Assembly: GCF_011386835.1 (NCBI RefSeq)
Contig: NC_088814.1
Location: 2,294,001-2,358,000 of the forward strand
DNA: 64,000 nucleotides
Reading direction: 5' to 3'
Source: Chrysemys picta bellii
Taxonomy: Eukaryota
Shown here piece by piece: positions 45,265 through 64,000 of the stretch. A model generated the notes under the pieces. The model was not told the origin of the DNA. It searched no databases and was given only the letters and a program-made list of their open reading frames with translations. How positions within the stretch are numbered: the stretch's first letter is position 1; each line of letters begins with the position of its first letter. Both the position numbers and the translations under genes were made by a program.

Positions 45265-45885
45265 GTAAAGATTCATATGTCCCTTGATGCTTCAACCACC
45301 ATTCCAGGGGACATACGTCCATGCTGATGACGGGTTCTGCTCGATAACGATCCAAAGAAGAGCAGACCGATGCATGTTCATTTTCATCATCTCAGTCAGA
45401 TGCCACCAACAGAAGGTTGTTTTTCCTTTTTGGTGATTTGGGTTCTGTAGTTCCCACATCGGAGTGTTGCTCTTTTAAGACCTCTGAAAGCATACTCCAT
45501 ACCTCGTCCCCCTCAGATTTTGGAAGGCACTTCAGATTCTTAAACCTTCGGTCGAATGCTGAAGCTATCTTTTGAAATCTCACATTGGTAACTTCTTTGC
45601 ATTTTGTCAAATCTGCAGTGAAAGTGTTCTTAAAATGAAGAACATGTGCTGGGTCATCATCCGAGACTGCTATAATACGAAATATAGGGCAGAATGCAGG
45701 TAAAACAGAGAAGGGGACATACAATTCTCCCCGCAGGAGTTCAGTCATAAATTTAATGAATGCATTATTTTTTTAACGAGCATCATCAGCATGGAAGCAT
45801 GTCCTCTGGAATGGTGGCTGAAGCATGAAGGGGCATATGAATGTTTAGCATATCGGGCACGTAAATATTATGCAATGCCAGCTCC
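45265..45885. mobile_element. hAT transposase relic with internal inverted duplication
   Basis: Minus strand gives KIASAFDRRFKNLKCLPKSE.. (ALDPRFK-like). A hATC-dimerisation-like segment PLEWWLKHEG appears in both orientations (~45270-45330 minus, ~45782-45880 plus). Confidence 0.8.
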
Positions 45886-46164
45886 AAAATTCCCTTTAGC
45901 TCTTCCTCTGCGTGCACCTTTGTGGGTCCTGGCCAGACAGGCATTCTGACCCTGGAGGTGTTTACTTAGACCCTGGTCTTGAGTTGCTGGGAATATAGCC
46001 CGCATGTCCCTGCCAAAGAAAGCCAGGCACCAGGAACTATAGGTGCTTGAACTACCGGTGCTGCGAGTGCTGCTTCACCTCCTGGCTTGAAATCGTTTTC
46101 ACTAGATCCAGCGTTTACAGTTTGATTCAATGGCCCTCAGCCCCCCCCACAATAAAAATGGTTC

Positions 46165-46760
46165 CAGCCCCTTTGGCAGGAACCCCCCAGTGTGAGAGGT
46201 GTCTCTTGGTGGTGTCCCTCAGGAAGCAGGTAGGAGAATTGCAAGAGGAGGTGGCTGGTCTGAGTAGCATCCACGAGCATGAGGACTTCATCAACAGGAC
46301 CCATGAAGACATCAAGATGGAGGATGCTAGCTGACTAGAAAAGACAACCGCAGCACCAGAAGAGAAAGGAAAACCAGTCGCTCCGCAGGGAGGAAAGTTA
46401 GTTGCTGGCCACCTTGGGCAGTAGGCAGCGATCCACCCCTCCACCCAACTCCCCCATCCATTGAGGTCAAGAACCAGTAGGCTGTACTGCCAACAGCAAG
46501 AGAGGAGCAGGTCCCAAAACCTGATGATGAGGGGCCACCTGCCCCAAGGCTGGGGGTTCGCACTCACCCCGCCCAAGAGAACGAGATGTAGGTAGTGATG
46601 GCTGGGGACTCCCTTCTGAGGAGAACAGAGGCATCCATCTGCTGACCTGACCTGATGTCCTGGGAGGTGTGCAGCCTGCCTGGAGCCCTGATCCGAGACA
46701 GCACAGAAAGGTTACTGAGGTTCATCTGTCCCTCTGATCACTAACCCATGCTGCTCATCA
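46165..46760 (+). mobile_element. Degenerate CR1 ORF1 fragment (zinc-finger/leucine zipper plus SGNH-esterase-like domain)
   Basis: QCERCLLVVSLRKQVGELQEEVAGL.. and VMAGDSLLRRTEASIC*PDLMSWEVCSLPGALIRD.., with in-frame stops. Confidence 0.75.
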
Positions 46761-49166
46761 GCACTACGTGTGCAAAATGCTTTACAGAAATGAAAGAAGA
46801 CGCAGTCCTTGCCCCAACAAGTTTCTCATCTAAATTAGACAGTCAGAGGAAATGAGGACAACAGGCTAAGATGAAGGAGGGAAGGGATGAAGGAGGGTTA
46901 CAACAAATAGAGAAGATGTGATTCATGTTCTGTGGGGAATGCTGTTTATAAATGTTGATTTTTTTTTCTTTCCTCACTGCAAACAGTTAGAGTAAGAGAT
47001 GACGAGCAGGTGACTGAGGCACAGGCTTAGGCTGAAAACCATGAGTTGTGAAGAGGCATTTAAAGGGGGAGTGAAGCTGTTTGGGGCGCGGCGAGACGGG
47101 GAGGCTGTTCCAAGAGTAGGAGGCAGCATGAGCAAAGGCACTGAGATGCAAGTAGGAGAAGACAAAGAGAAAAACAAGGAAGGAGTGTGGGCAGCGCATA
47201 AGGAAGGAGTCTCCAGGCTCAGTGCAGAATGGATCTTGGGAAGCCGTCAGCACTGATGCCAACAGTTGTGGTTATAATGAATTGTGCTCCCATTGGGAGG
47301 CAGAATCAGCCGCCCATTCATGGGGGAGCAGAAATGAACGCGGATTAAAAAGAAATCTCTGTAGGGACAAATGAACAGATGCTACAAGGTGTGAATGAGG
47401 AGATCGAGAGGAGATCACTAGTCACACAGAGTGCAAACTGTTTGCAATAAGCATCTAGTAAATACTGGGTGTTGAAAATAATTACACAAGACTATGTGGA
47501 GTCTAGATTGTTTCGAATACTCGTGTATTTTATGGTACGATGTACATACTCTAACTTCTCCAGATAAGTCTGTTTTGTGATGTAGATCTGTTTTTCTGTA
47601 TTTATTTTACAGTTTGTAACATTTGTAAAGATTTATGTAAATGTAAACTGACGATTACCAACCCTGAGGCTGTGAGCTCTCAAGGCTGGGACTGTCCCTG
47701 TGTTATTTGTTTGTCCAGTGCCTACGACGATAGCGCTGTTATGCTTGTGTGGGATCTGTACATGCTACTGCAATAGAAATAACAAGAAATAATAGTTATA
47801 CGTCACACCTCTTCTGGTCTATTGTCTCCACCTAGTCTAGCACTGTGTTAGTATCAATGGCTGTAAATGCTTTATGCTGTAAAGTGGTCACATGAATGAC
47901 AAATCATAAATGTACAATATTTAAAAAAATATTAAATACAAACAGAAGAATCATTTCAGAATCTATCTGCACTGGACTGACCACCTTAATGTCAGGTGTT
48001 TCAAGCACTTTAAATAGTACAGCTCTGTTGCTCACTTCCCACATTCACACAGTGCTCTGCCAGTACAATTCCGTCTTCCGCTGCAGGCTCCAGCATTGTC
48101 TCCTATTCCAATCCATCACTGCACACACATCCCAGCAAGAAAATATAAAAGGAGGGTGAACCAGCTGTGCCTTCGCTCCCACTTCATTCTTCCCGGTATT
48201 CCCTAATGTAAGTTTCTTTGGATTCTTCTTTGCCATGATGATTGATCGACGATGATGCCCCCAGTGCGTAAATGCCAGGAATTTTTATTGCATCGTGAAA
48301 TAGCGGCAGACTCTGCAAGCAGATTAAAGCCTCCAGACAAGAAATCGAGGAGGTTAAGGATGAGCTTCTATGAGTAGATGATTCTGCTCTTGTTGCACAC
48401 GCTCTACCACACCCCCACTGCATCACTAACAAATGTGCTGAGATAACTCAAAGCTACGAACTAACCACCAGTGTGAGAGAAACTGAAGTAATGTACAAAA
48501 CCGGCACCTTGGAAGGTATATTTAAGACCTAGTGTTGCCAAATTCAGCATGGTAATGATTTCCTTTATCTGCTTGGAATTTTGTCAGACATGATCATTAC
48601 TGACCAGCGAATCATCACCCAATAAAAAGGCATAGTCTGAATTTGAAGGATTGCAACACTAAAATTGCAATCACCACAGTATCCCACACCCACCCGCATG
48701 CAAAAATCAAAGTACTGATTTCCAACTTACTCTCTGTCACACATCAAAGAACTGGAAAAATTTAATAGACGACGCCTGGTAGCTATTATTCAAATTGTAG
48801 AAGGTAATTATGACAAGTGACAAGATAAAATCATGTACAACAAGGTTTCAGAAACATCACGGAAGCAATGCTTACGAAAGAAAGTTCTGCTGGTTTGGAC
48901 ACACCCTCCTCATGGAGCACACAGGGCTCTTAGAGAAAATATTCTATAGTGGACTTTTGATGAACAAAAGAACCAGACAGACAAAGAGAGAGCGATGTCC
49001 TGAAAATTAACTCTGCCCATTGTTATAAAAAGCCATCGGTGGGAAGGCGCAGCAGGAAATTAATCATTTTGGTGGGAAAAACAGTAACACCTGATGCTGC
49101 AAGTTTTGAAGCAAAAGGACAGTTTGCTGTCACAGAGAGCAGGAGAGAGTTAATGAGATGAGTAGC

Positions 49167-49289
49167 TAGGGTGACCAGACAGCAAATGTGAAAAATTGGA
49201 ATGGGGGTGGGGGGTAATAGGAGCCTATATAAGAAAAAGACCCCAAAATCGGGACTGTCCCTATAAAATTGGGACATCTGGTCACCCTA
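49167..49289. mobile_element. hAT-type MITE (TAGGGTGACCAGA family), unit B only
   Basis: Perfect TSD TGAGTAGC; empty site at ~34193. Confidence 0.92.
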
Positions 49290-51848
49290 TGAGTAGCAAA
49301 CATAAATGTATTTCCCTCTCGGATCCATGGCAGGGCCTGTACGTCAAGCAATGGCGTCTGCAGCTAACTACAAATGTACAAAAATCTCCCTAAAATACTG
49401 AAGATGGAATTGACAATGAACCTCTGTTTGTGCTGCATGTAATTCAGGCAAGGTTTGCTGTGCCGGCAAGAAAGTGGAACTCTGCTGTGGTAAAATGATA
49501 CCTCTGAAAGAGGGATCAAAATGTTACCCCATCCACAAAAGCTGCTTACCAAGGACAGCCATTGGCTAATTTCTTCAGAGATCCTACACAGCATAACCAA
49601 AGCTTCAAGCAATAAAAGCATTATATTAATTTCTGTTTGTCCTCAGAGCCTCACCCTGACTCCAATTATACTCCAGACTCCAAACGATGAAAATCAGATT
49701 TTCCTCCCTACAACTTTCCTCATGATTGTGTCTTTGCTGACTTGCATTTCGGGCGTGAGTGGGGCACACTTCTGAAGGGAGGACTGGCTTGTGTTTATAG
49801 CTCTGTAGCCTAATTCAGGAGCCCTGCATGTAATTCTTGGCTCTGCCACAGTTTCATTCTGTGACCTTGAGGAAGTCACATCATCTCTCTATGGAATGAT
49901 TATTTTAATGCTGTTGGGGGTTTCCATGTACCGCATAATTAATGAACGTGGCATCTAGAGCCTTGTGATAGGCATCTCCTTTATCATTTGAAATCTAAAC
50001 AAATAAATCAGTCACTTAAATGGGGATCACAGTACCCTAACTTACATGAATGGGATGATGATAAATCCATAAAGACTTGGGAGGCACTTGGGTATTATGG
50101 GTGCGTAATAGAGATAGCTATTCCTACCAGTAAACAGGAGATGGTTTGAGAGGTATGAATTTGGAAGGATTGTCTTTCAGATCCCAGAGGAGAAGGACTT
50201 GGAGAATTAGGTGCTCACAGCAGGAAGTAGTTTTTCAATAACCCTTTTCTCTCTAATATGGAATCCCTTTCTCTGATCATTCAGGCAACATGATATAGGA
50301 GTTTAGCCTCTCCTTATACAGAGAGTTCCTGATTGCTCCTAAATCTCTATGTTAGGGCTTCCAGATCCCTAGCACAATATCTCATGCTAGCGAATCTTAG
50401 CTGTTCACAGGTTCTGGCTGGGTTTAAATAGTTCTAACATTTTGCAAAGAAGCCCCTCTCTTCTGAAGTGGCAGCTGACACCTTCTCTGTCTTCTCTGAC
50501 AGCACCACAGTCTATATAAATTAGGGTTCATCACAACTTCTCCCTTAACGAGATAACTGGGGGGAGGGAGGAGGTGAGACAAAGCCCAATTACTACTAAT
50601 AGTTGCTTGTAAATTGCGATCTGTTAGGGAACGTGTGCCTTTGTGCACTTGAAGAGAAAAGCGTCCAAGCATTAAGATGTCTTCTTGGCAAATGTTACTG
50701 GCCTTTTTGGTAGTGTGCCAGTTCTGTGAATCCTCTTCTAGTTCCCACCTGTATATCATAGCGGTAGTGGTGTCCAGAATGTTTTAACACCAATTACTGT
50801 GCAGTTCAGAAATGAGAACAGCTCTTCTCACTGTCACTTCCCTGCTCAGTATAGATTCTTAGACTTTAGCAATGGAAAAGATCTATTCGGTCACACCTAG
50901 TCCACCCCTTGCAGGCAGCCAGTTGTCCCTCCAGTGCTTTCAGCGGTCCAGTTTTACATTCTCTATTTCACGAGTTCCCAGAGTTTTTCATACACGCAAC
51001 AAATATTAACAGGGAAATTGTCCATGGACAACCCCACCCCCATTCACCATTGCATGGACCATCTCCCCTTTCACTCACCGTCATAAAACATCCAGCTGGC
51101 ATCTACAGCAATTACTTACATGGGAAAAGTAACATTAGGAAATAATTTAATGTATTTTTTGCTTATTTTAATGCAGTTTTCAGCTGAACACAAGGAGGAG
51201 GGGAACCATCCAACTCTCCACAGACTACCAGCAAGTGCTCCATGTGGCTCATCAGTGATCTACAGACTATAGTTTGGGAACCCCTGCTCTACTTCAACAG
51301 CCTAACAATTCTCTTTGTTAGGAGTGTATGGGACCTAGCATCTGTCACAGGATTAGGACCAGACCTGAATATTTATAGCACGATGTCTCAGATTTTTCCA
51401 CTGAGAGGTTCATCACTAGTTTCACTTTACTAAAGTATGACTCCATGTTTATTCATTCATTCACTTTGATCTTCGATATCTACACCCCAGCATCTCATAT
51501 GAAAAACATGCTTATTAAAGACAAAATAAAAATTTAAATAAAAGAACAATATATAAAGAGCTTTCTGTTGCAATAAGCTGTATTATTTCTTCCCAGTGTA
51601 TAATTTAGGCAGTGTTTCTCCTGGCTGCTTCTTGTAAAATTTTCGTCATAAAGAAAAGCTGCTGATTCATGAAACATCATTGCGAGTGTATATTGGGAAC
51701 TAGCTGCTAAAGTGTAAATTAACTTCCTTGTGTACTGGGATTTCTGGAGGGAAACTGCCTTTGGGAAATTATTCTTGGCATAAACAGCAAGACTAGCCAG
51801 CCCCATGGGAAGAAGAAACACCCAACTGGTGACACCCACTGTAGAAGG

Positions 51849-51856
51849 TATAAATA
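51849..51856 (+). promoter_or_regulatory. TATA box of gene 4
   Basis: TATAAATA ~100 nt upstream of the ATG at 51951. Confidence 0.85.
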
Positions 51857-51950
51857 GAGAACTGTGGGGATAGAAACTCTGCAGTCTGAATTCATATCAA
51901 GCTGTGCCTCTTGCTTTGGGCTTTGGGTTGGATTCTTAATCGCTGTCGCT

Positions 51951-58946
<6,996 letters not shown>

Positions 58947-59254
58947 GAGAAACCGGCATCTTCCAGAGCAAGACGCACCGAGCAAAGACCCACCCACGGA
59001 CAAAGCGAGAGCTCAGCCAGCACTGTGCACCTCTACAAAGAGCATGGAGAAGAGCTCTTCAGAATTACTCAACGCTGCTAATGCCAACACCACTGTCCTG
59101 AGGGGCCCATCTGAGCCTTGGTCCACCTTCCCGCCTATCATGCTATTTGCTTCTTCCATTCTGTGATGCTCTGTGTGTCCAATCACAATAATTACTTACT
59201 TGAGTTAATCTGTACCGTGGTTGGTAATTTACCTTCTGCTGAAAAAGTGTCTCT

Positions 59255-59260
59255 AATAAA
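59255..59260 (+). terminator. Polyadenylation signal of gene 4
   Basis: AATAAA at the position homologous to 43939. Confidence 0.8.
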
Positions 59261-60833
59261 ACTTTGCTTCTGCCTGATGCAATCAAGAAACCTGTGTCTG
59301 GGAAATGATTTCCTCTATCAAACTTTTCAGTGGTTTCTAGTACCGGGTTAAACACAAAGCCATGTGCTCAGATAGGTCTGTTAGACTGTGCCATAGTCCC
59401 CAAAGGGAAGTGGTGGAAGCCTCATCTCAGTAAATTAAGGAGAACAATTTTGCTTTGGCCAATGTGTCTGAGGGAATGGACTAACTAACTTAGCACGTCT
59501 TTTGCAGCCCTAACTTCTATGTCAACACACTGCCTGTTACTGTATAAGCTGCTATTGTTCACAGTCTATATGTACAGCGCATACGGGCTGGTTTATGTGA
59601 GTTTGTGGGTTTCTTTCAGAACACTATGCTAAATTTTAGGTTAAAAAAAAAAAGGTTAATTGAGCACAGCTGAAAAATCTGGCTGACAGCTGTGCAGACT
59701 GAATGCCTCAGTATAATACTAGAAGACAGGCCTGGTGACTTCTAGGGTTTCCCCTATGAAATGGACTAAAGTAACCAATTCCCTTCACACAGGTCACTGG
59801 GCTATTCCTTTGGTCACTACCAGTCAAATTGAACTCAGCCTAGTACTCTAAAGGCGAAAGGTTATGTAAGCCATTACCAACCCCCGAACAATCCAGTCCC
59901 TCTCTGAGCCACACACTGGGTTTAGTTCTCAATGGGTTTGTGACAGTTTTTGTCAGAACCTGGTCATCTGTGTTTGTGCGCTGGGGCCTCACTTGAACCA
60001 GACACATTTTCTCAAATTCTAAGATTTTGTGAAATTACAGTTTCAACTCAGAAGTTGGAGTGGGAGAGTGGCTATCTTGAAACTTTTCCTTTTATGGGTA
60101 GAAATTAGATGGGGAGAAAAGAGGCTGAGAGAGAGAGAATATAACATTTTATATGTAATATTTATGTCACTGAATCCATATTTCACATATAATGGATGCA
60201 CTTAAAATTAATTCTGATTTTAGTATTACTAGTTCCAGAAATATTCCCCATTTTAAATATCGCTGGAATGTGTAATACCTTTAAAACCAGACTGAACTAT
60301 TTAAATGTGCCCACTGAACAGAGCCCTTTGGCATGGTGGGTAGAGAGCAAGGAAGATGCTATCGCTGTAGCGCATGTTGGTGAGGAGGGCAGAATGTAGT
60401 CAAGGGAGTTGGGCCATTTCCCTTTAGATGCAGTACACAAGAAGCAGTGAACCACCATGTGTCCACACTGTGGCAAGCCGACGGGCCATGGTCTGAGCAA
60501 ACATCCAATGAAAGTACTGTAGAAGCGTGTCTGGAGCACTCACAGGTTGTTAGCATTTGGCTAGGTTATTCCAAGAAAGAAATAAAGAGGAAGCCATCCG
60601 GGTTCATCTACCAACTTCCTAAACACAGCATCCCACAATTGTACATTGCAGGCCGACAGTCACAAATAACCTTTGATGTACAGAGCCGTCCTGCCTTCCA
60701 GCTGTTATTTACAGGATGAAGATCTTTCTCTCCTCTCAGTAAAAAAGGACTATCATTCTTTTAACTTGTCTAAGTGAATGGGGGTAATACTGTGTATGCC
60801 ACATGTCAGTGATGTGCATAGATTATTCTAGAG

Positions 60834-61222
60834 CAGGGGTTCTCAAACTTCATTTCACTGCGACCCCCTTTTGACAACAAAAATTACTACATGACCCCAG
60901 GAGGGGGGACCAAAGCCTGAGCCCACCTAAGCCCCACCACCCCAGGCCAGGGGGGGCAAAATCTGAGACCCTCCGCCCTGGCGGGGAGGGCCAAAGCCAA
61001 AGCCTGAGCCCCATCACCCCAGATTGGAGGGGGAGGGGGAGAGGGCGCAAAGCTAAAGGGCTTCAGCCCCAGGAGGGGGACCGGTAACCTGAGCCCCGCC
61101 ACCCAGAGCTGAAGCTGTTGGGCTTTGGCCCCAGGTGGTGGGGCTTGGGCTTTGGTCCTGGGCCCCAGCAAGTCTAACACCAGCCCTGGCTACCCCATTA
61201 AATTGGGGTTTGAGAACCCCTG
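60834..61222. mobile_element. Non-autonomous hAT element
   Basis: Perfect 15-bp TIRs CAGGGGTTCTCAAAC/GTTTGAGAACCCCTG; perfect TSD TTCTAGAG. Confidence 0.93.
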
Positions 61223-61755
61223 TTCTAGAGTGTCCTCTGTACAGTGCATTCCCGTAGCTCGTACGGCAGGCCAGGACACTGCTCCTGCTCAATGCTTTGC
61301 TAATTTTTAAAACATATACATACCTTAAGAATGATCTTCACTCACAAAGTGTCTCGATAAATCAGAGTCTATATTTTCCATGGATGGTGAATCCTTGGCT
61401 ACAAATTTTCTTCATCCCTATCTTTCGCCAGTCCAGCCCAAACTTTCTGAGATCTCGAATATCATGAGCAGGACTTTGCAAAGATATAAAAATCAGCCCA
61501 GGTTCAGCCCAATGGACAGTATTTAAAAAGATAAAATTAATTTGTAATGCAGAGTGGTCTTGTTAAATACAAACAGAAATATAATGGCTGCAGTTGCTAA
61601 AATCAAGCCTGGAAAACCTGCCTTATGATGAGAGACTCAAGAATCTCTGTCTATTCAATTTATCAAGAAAGAAGGTTAAGAGCGGCTTTGGCCATGGTCT
61701 ATAAATACACTGGAAGAAGATTTTGGATAGGTTTCTGATTTTCTTTAATCCAGCA

Positions 61756-62057
61756 GACAGAAACACAACATCCAGTTGATGAAGGCTGAAACTAGACAAA
61801 TGCAGGCTGGAAATAAGGGACATTTTTGAGGATAATTAACCATGAGAACAATTTATCTAGAGATGCAGTGAAGCGTTCATCCCTTGATATCTTTAAATCA
61901 AGACTGGATGTCATCTTAAAAGACATGCTTTAGTTTAACAATAAGTTATGGGCTCAATGCAGGAATCACTGGTGAAATTCTCTAGTCTGCATTATGTGGG
62001 AGGTCAGATGACGTAGCGACAATGGTTCCTTCTGGCCTTAAAATCTCTGAATCTCTG
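61756..62057 (+). mobile_element. Old CR1 3' fragment
   Basis: AGACAAAT.CAGGCTGGAAATAAGG...TTTAAATCAAGACTGGATG...TTCCTTCTGGCCTTAAAATCTCTGAATCTCTGA, a typical degenerate CR1 end. Confidence 0.7.
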
Positions 62058-63208
62058 AGCAGAGTTGAGTAACCTTTTCTGGCCATATCTTCTTTTTGTC
62101 AAAACACGTCGTTCCGAGAGAGGGAAACATTTAGTTAATTCATGCTGATTTCGCTGAACTGCTTTGGTCAAAAATAAAAAGTAAAAACATTTGATCCCAA
62201 ATCTAAATAATTGACCCCAAAGCAAAATGTTTCAATCTGTCAATTTTGCAGCTACTTTTCATCCAGAAATATAGGTTCAATTTTATTTAAAAAAAACATA
62301 AAATGTTTTTAAAAGCTCAAAAATGAAAGGATTTTTTTTGTTTTGGGTTGTTTTGTTTACTGCAAAATTATTTTTCCTCCAACTTTTTGGTTTGGGGAAT
62401 AATAATAATTTCAAAAATTTTTCATTTTGGGTCAAGCTGAAAGAATATTTTTTTAACTTTTTCAGTACGGCTAATGAACCGAAAAATCCATTGTTCGCAC
62501 AGCTGTTGCTGAATAAATGTGACAACAAACTAGATATGAAAGTCATTTTTTTTACACAGCTGGTGATTTATTGCTACAATTACACACACTAAAATCAGCG
62601 TCTGATATTCTTCAGACCTTTATAAATGAAAATTAACTATATTAACATCTGCCTGATTTCCACTGTGTTACGCTGGTTTTACAGGATAATTCCATGCACA
62701 TCAATCAGTTTACATGGACATAAAACTGGTGTAAGAGTGTAGAATCTGGCCTTTGATTTCTAAGTCATAATTAAAATAAAATAAGTGCACAACAAAGGTG
62801 AAAAGGTGTTTGAAACAAAGGAAAAAGATTTCTAAAATAAAATAAGTGCACATCCTAGAAAAGGTTTCTGAGATCTTCTACCCATCAGCTTGCTGCGTGG
62901 AGGTAATATCTATTCTATACAGAGCACTCAGAACTGCAAGGCTTTGCACGGTATATTGGGGTGAAATGTCTCTTACGCTCCCCTCTGATGGACACACTCA
63001 CCTACAAAGAAAACCTTTTAGAGTCCAGAGTCATGTCATTCCATGATCATACAAGATCCAGACTAAATGAAGGGACCAGAAATTACTGTTAACAAACACA
63101 AGGGAGACACAACAGGGAGGAAATAGGGAACGCCTGAGTGGAGCTAGATTTATAGCATCCACAGCATATTCCAAAGCATGTCTCGCAGGCCCACAGGCAC
63201 ACAGAACA

Positions 63209-63229
63209 GTGTGTGTGTGTGTGTGTGTG
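63209..63229. repeat. (GT)n microsatellite
   Basis: About 10 GT units. Confidence 0.95.
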
Positions 63230-63575
63230 CGGGGGGGATTCCTCTGCTCAGAAATGAAACATTATTTATAACACAGAAATAGATAAACTCTCCCTACAGG
63301 AGCAAAGGAATCTTCATATTTGGAAGAGAACAGTGATCTCCTTGGTCTGGTATCCAGTCTCTGATAGTGACCAGTGCTGGATGCTTCAGAGGAAAGTGTA
63401 AAACTTTTGCCTAATTATACTATACATTGGGACGGATTGTCTTTCTGACCCCACCTGGTGATCAGTTTGTGCCCTGTAACATCAGGGTTGCTGAGGACCC
63501 AGGGAAGGGTAACATTTTGACTCTTACTCGCCAACAGAGGAAGCAAGACTCCCCTCTGGTAAATAGTAACGGCAT

Positions 63576-63752
63576 TTATTTTGGGAAGGAAGTTATTCGG
63601 TGCGGGCTCTTGGGGCGAGGAGGGTTAGGGCTGCGTGCATGCCTAGATAGGGCATTGATGTGCTCTCTCACATCGCGGTAATCGGCCTCAGTGATCTCTT
63701 CAAAGGTCTCATCCAGAACTTGGGCAATGTGCTGGTGCAGGTTTCTCACGAG
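63576..63752 (-). other. CpG-rich, ATG-less coding-like fragment, possibly the C-terminus of a Harbinger-associated protein
   Basis: Open frame LVRNLHQHIAQVLDETFEEITEADYRDVREHINALSRHARSPNPPRPKSPHRITSFPK*. Family assignment is from recall only. Confidence 0.4.
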
Positions 63753-63753
63753 A

Positions 63754-64000
63754 GCCTACGACGATAGCACTGTTATGCTTGTGTGGGATCTGTACATGCT
63801 ACTGCAATAGAAATAACAAGAAATAATAGTTATACGTCACACCTCTTCTGGTCTATTGTCTCCACCTAGTCTAGCACTGTGTTAGTATCAATGGCTGTAA
63901 ATGCTTTATGCTGTAAAGTGGTCACATGAATGACAAATCATAAATGTACAATATTTAAAAAAATATTAAATACAAACAGAAGAATCATTTCAGAATCTAT
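63754..64000 (+). repeat. Start of a third copy (unit C) of the duplicated block
   Basis: 246 of 247 nt identical to 47720-47966; runs off the window edge. Confidence 0.92.

Overview
Vertebrate genomic DNA: part of a type I (acidic) keratin gene cluster, with all genes on the + strand. The repeat landscape (CR1, hAT and Harbinger MITEs, Penelope-like inserts, MIR/L2) suggests a reptile, probably a turtle (inference). I reconstructed four 8-exon keratin genes from GT-AG junctions and reading frame. Genes 1 and 2 (8205-13382, 19526-26779) are soft KRT14/KRT17-like keratins with one Cys each. Genes 3 and 4 (36353-42760, 51951-58946) are Cys-rich 'hard' keratins (about 5% Cys), resembling the sauropsid hard acidic (HAS) type. 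Genes 3 and 4 lie in a ~15-16 kb tandem duplication, and a third, almost identical unit starts in the last 247 nt. A decayed relic of another Cys-rich keratin lies near 29.2 kb. No prokaryotic features, CRISPR array or functional RNA gene was found, and I found no wholly new gene system. The most notable signals are: patchwork homogenisation (gene conversion) in both gene pairs, with tract ends sitting at transposon insertions; a 1-nt frameshift that removes the tail of gene 3; and a hAT insertion that duplicated a splice donor in gene 4. Percent identities are by-eye estimates unless mismatch counts are given.
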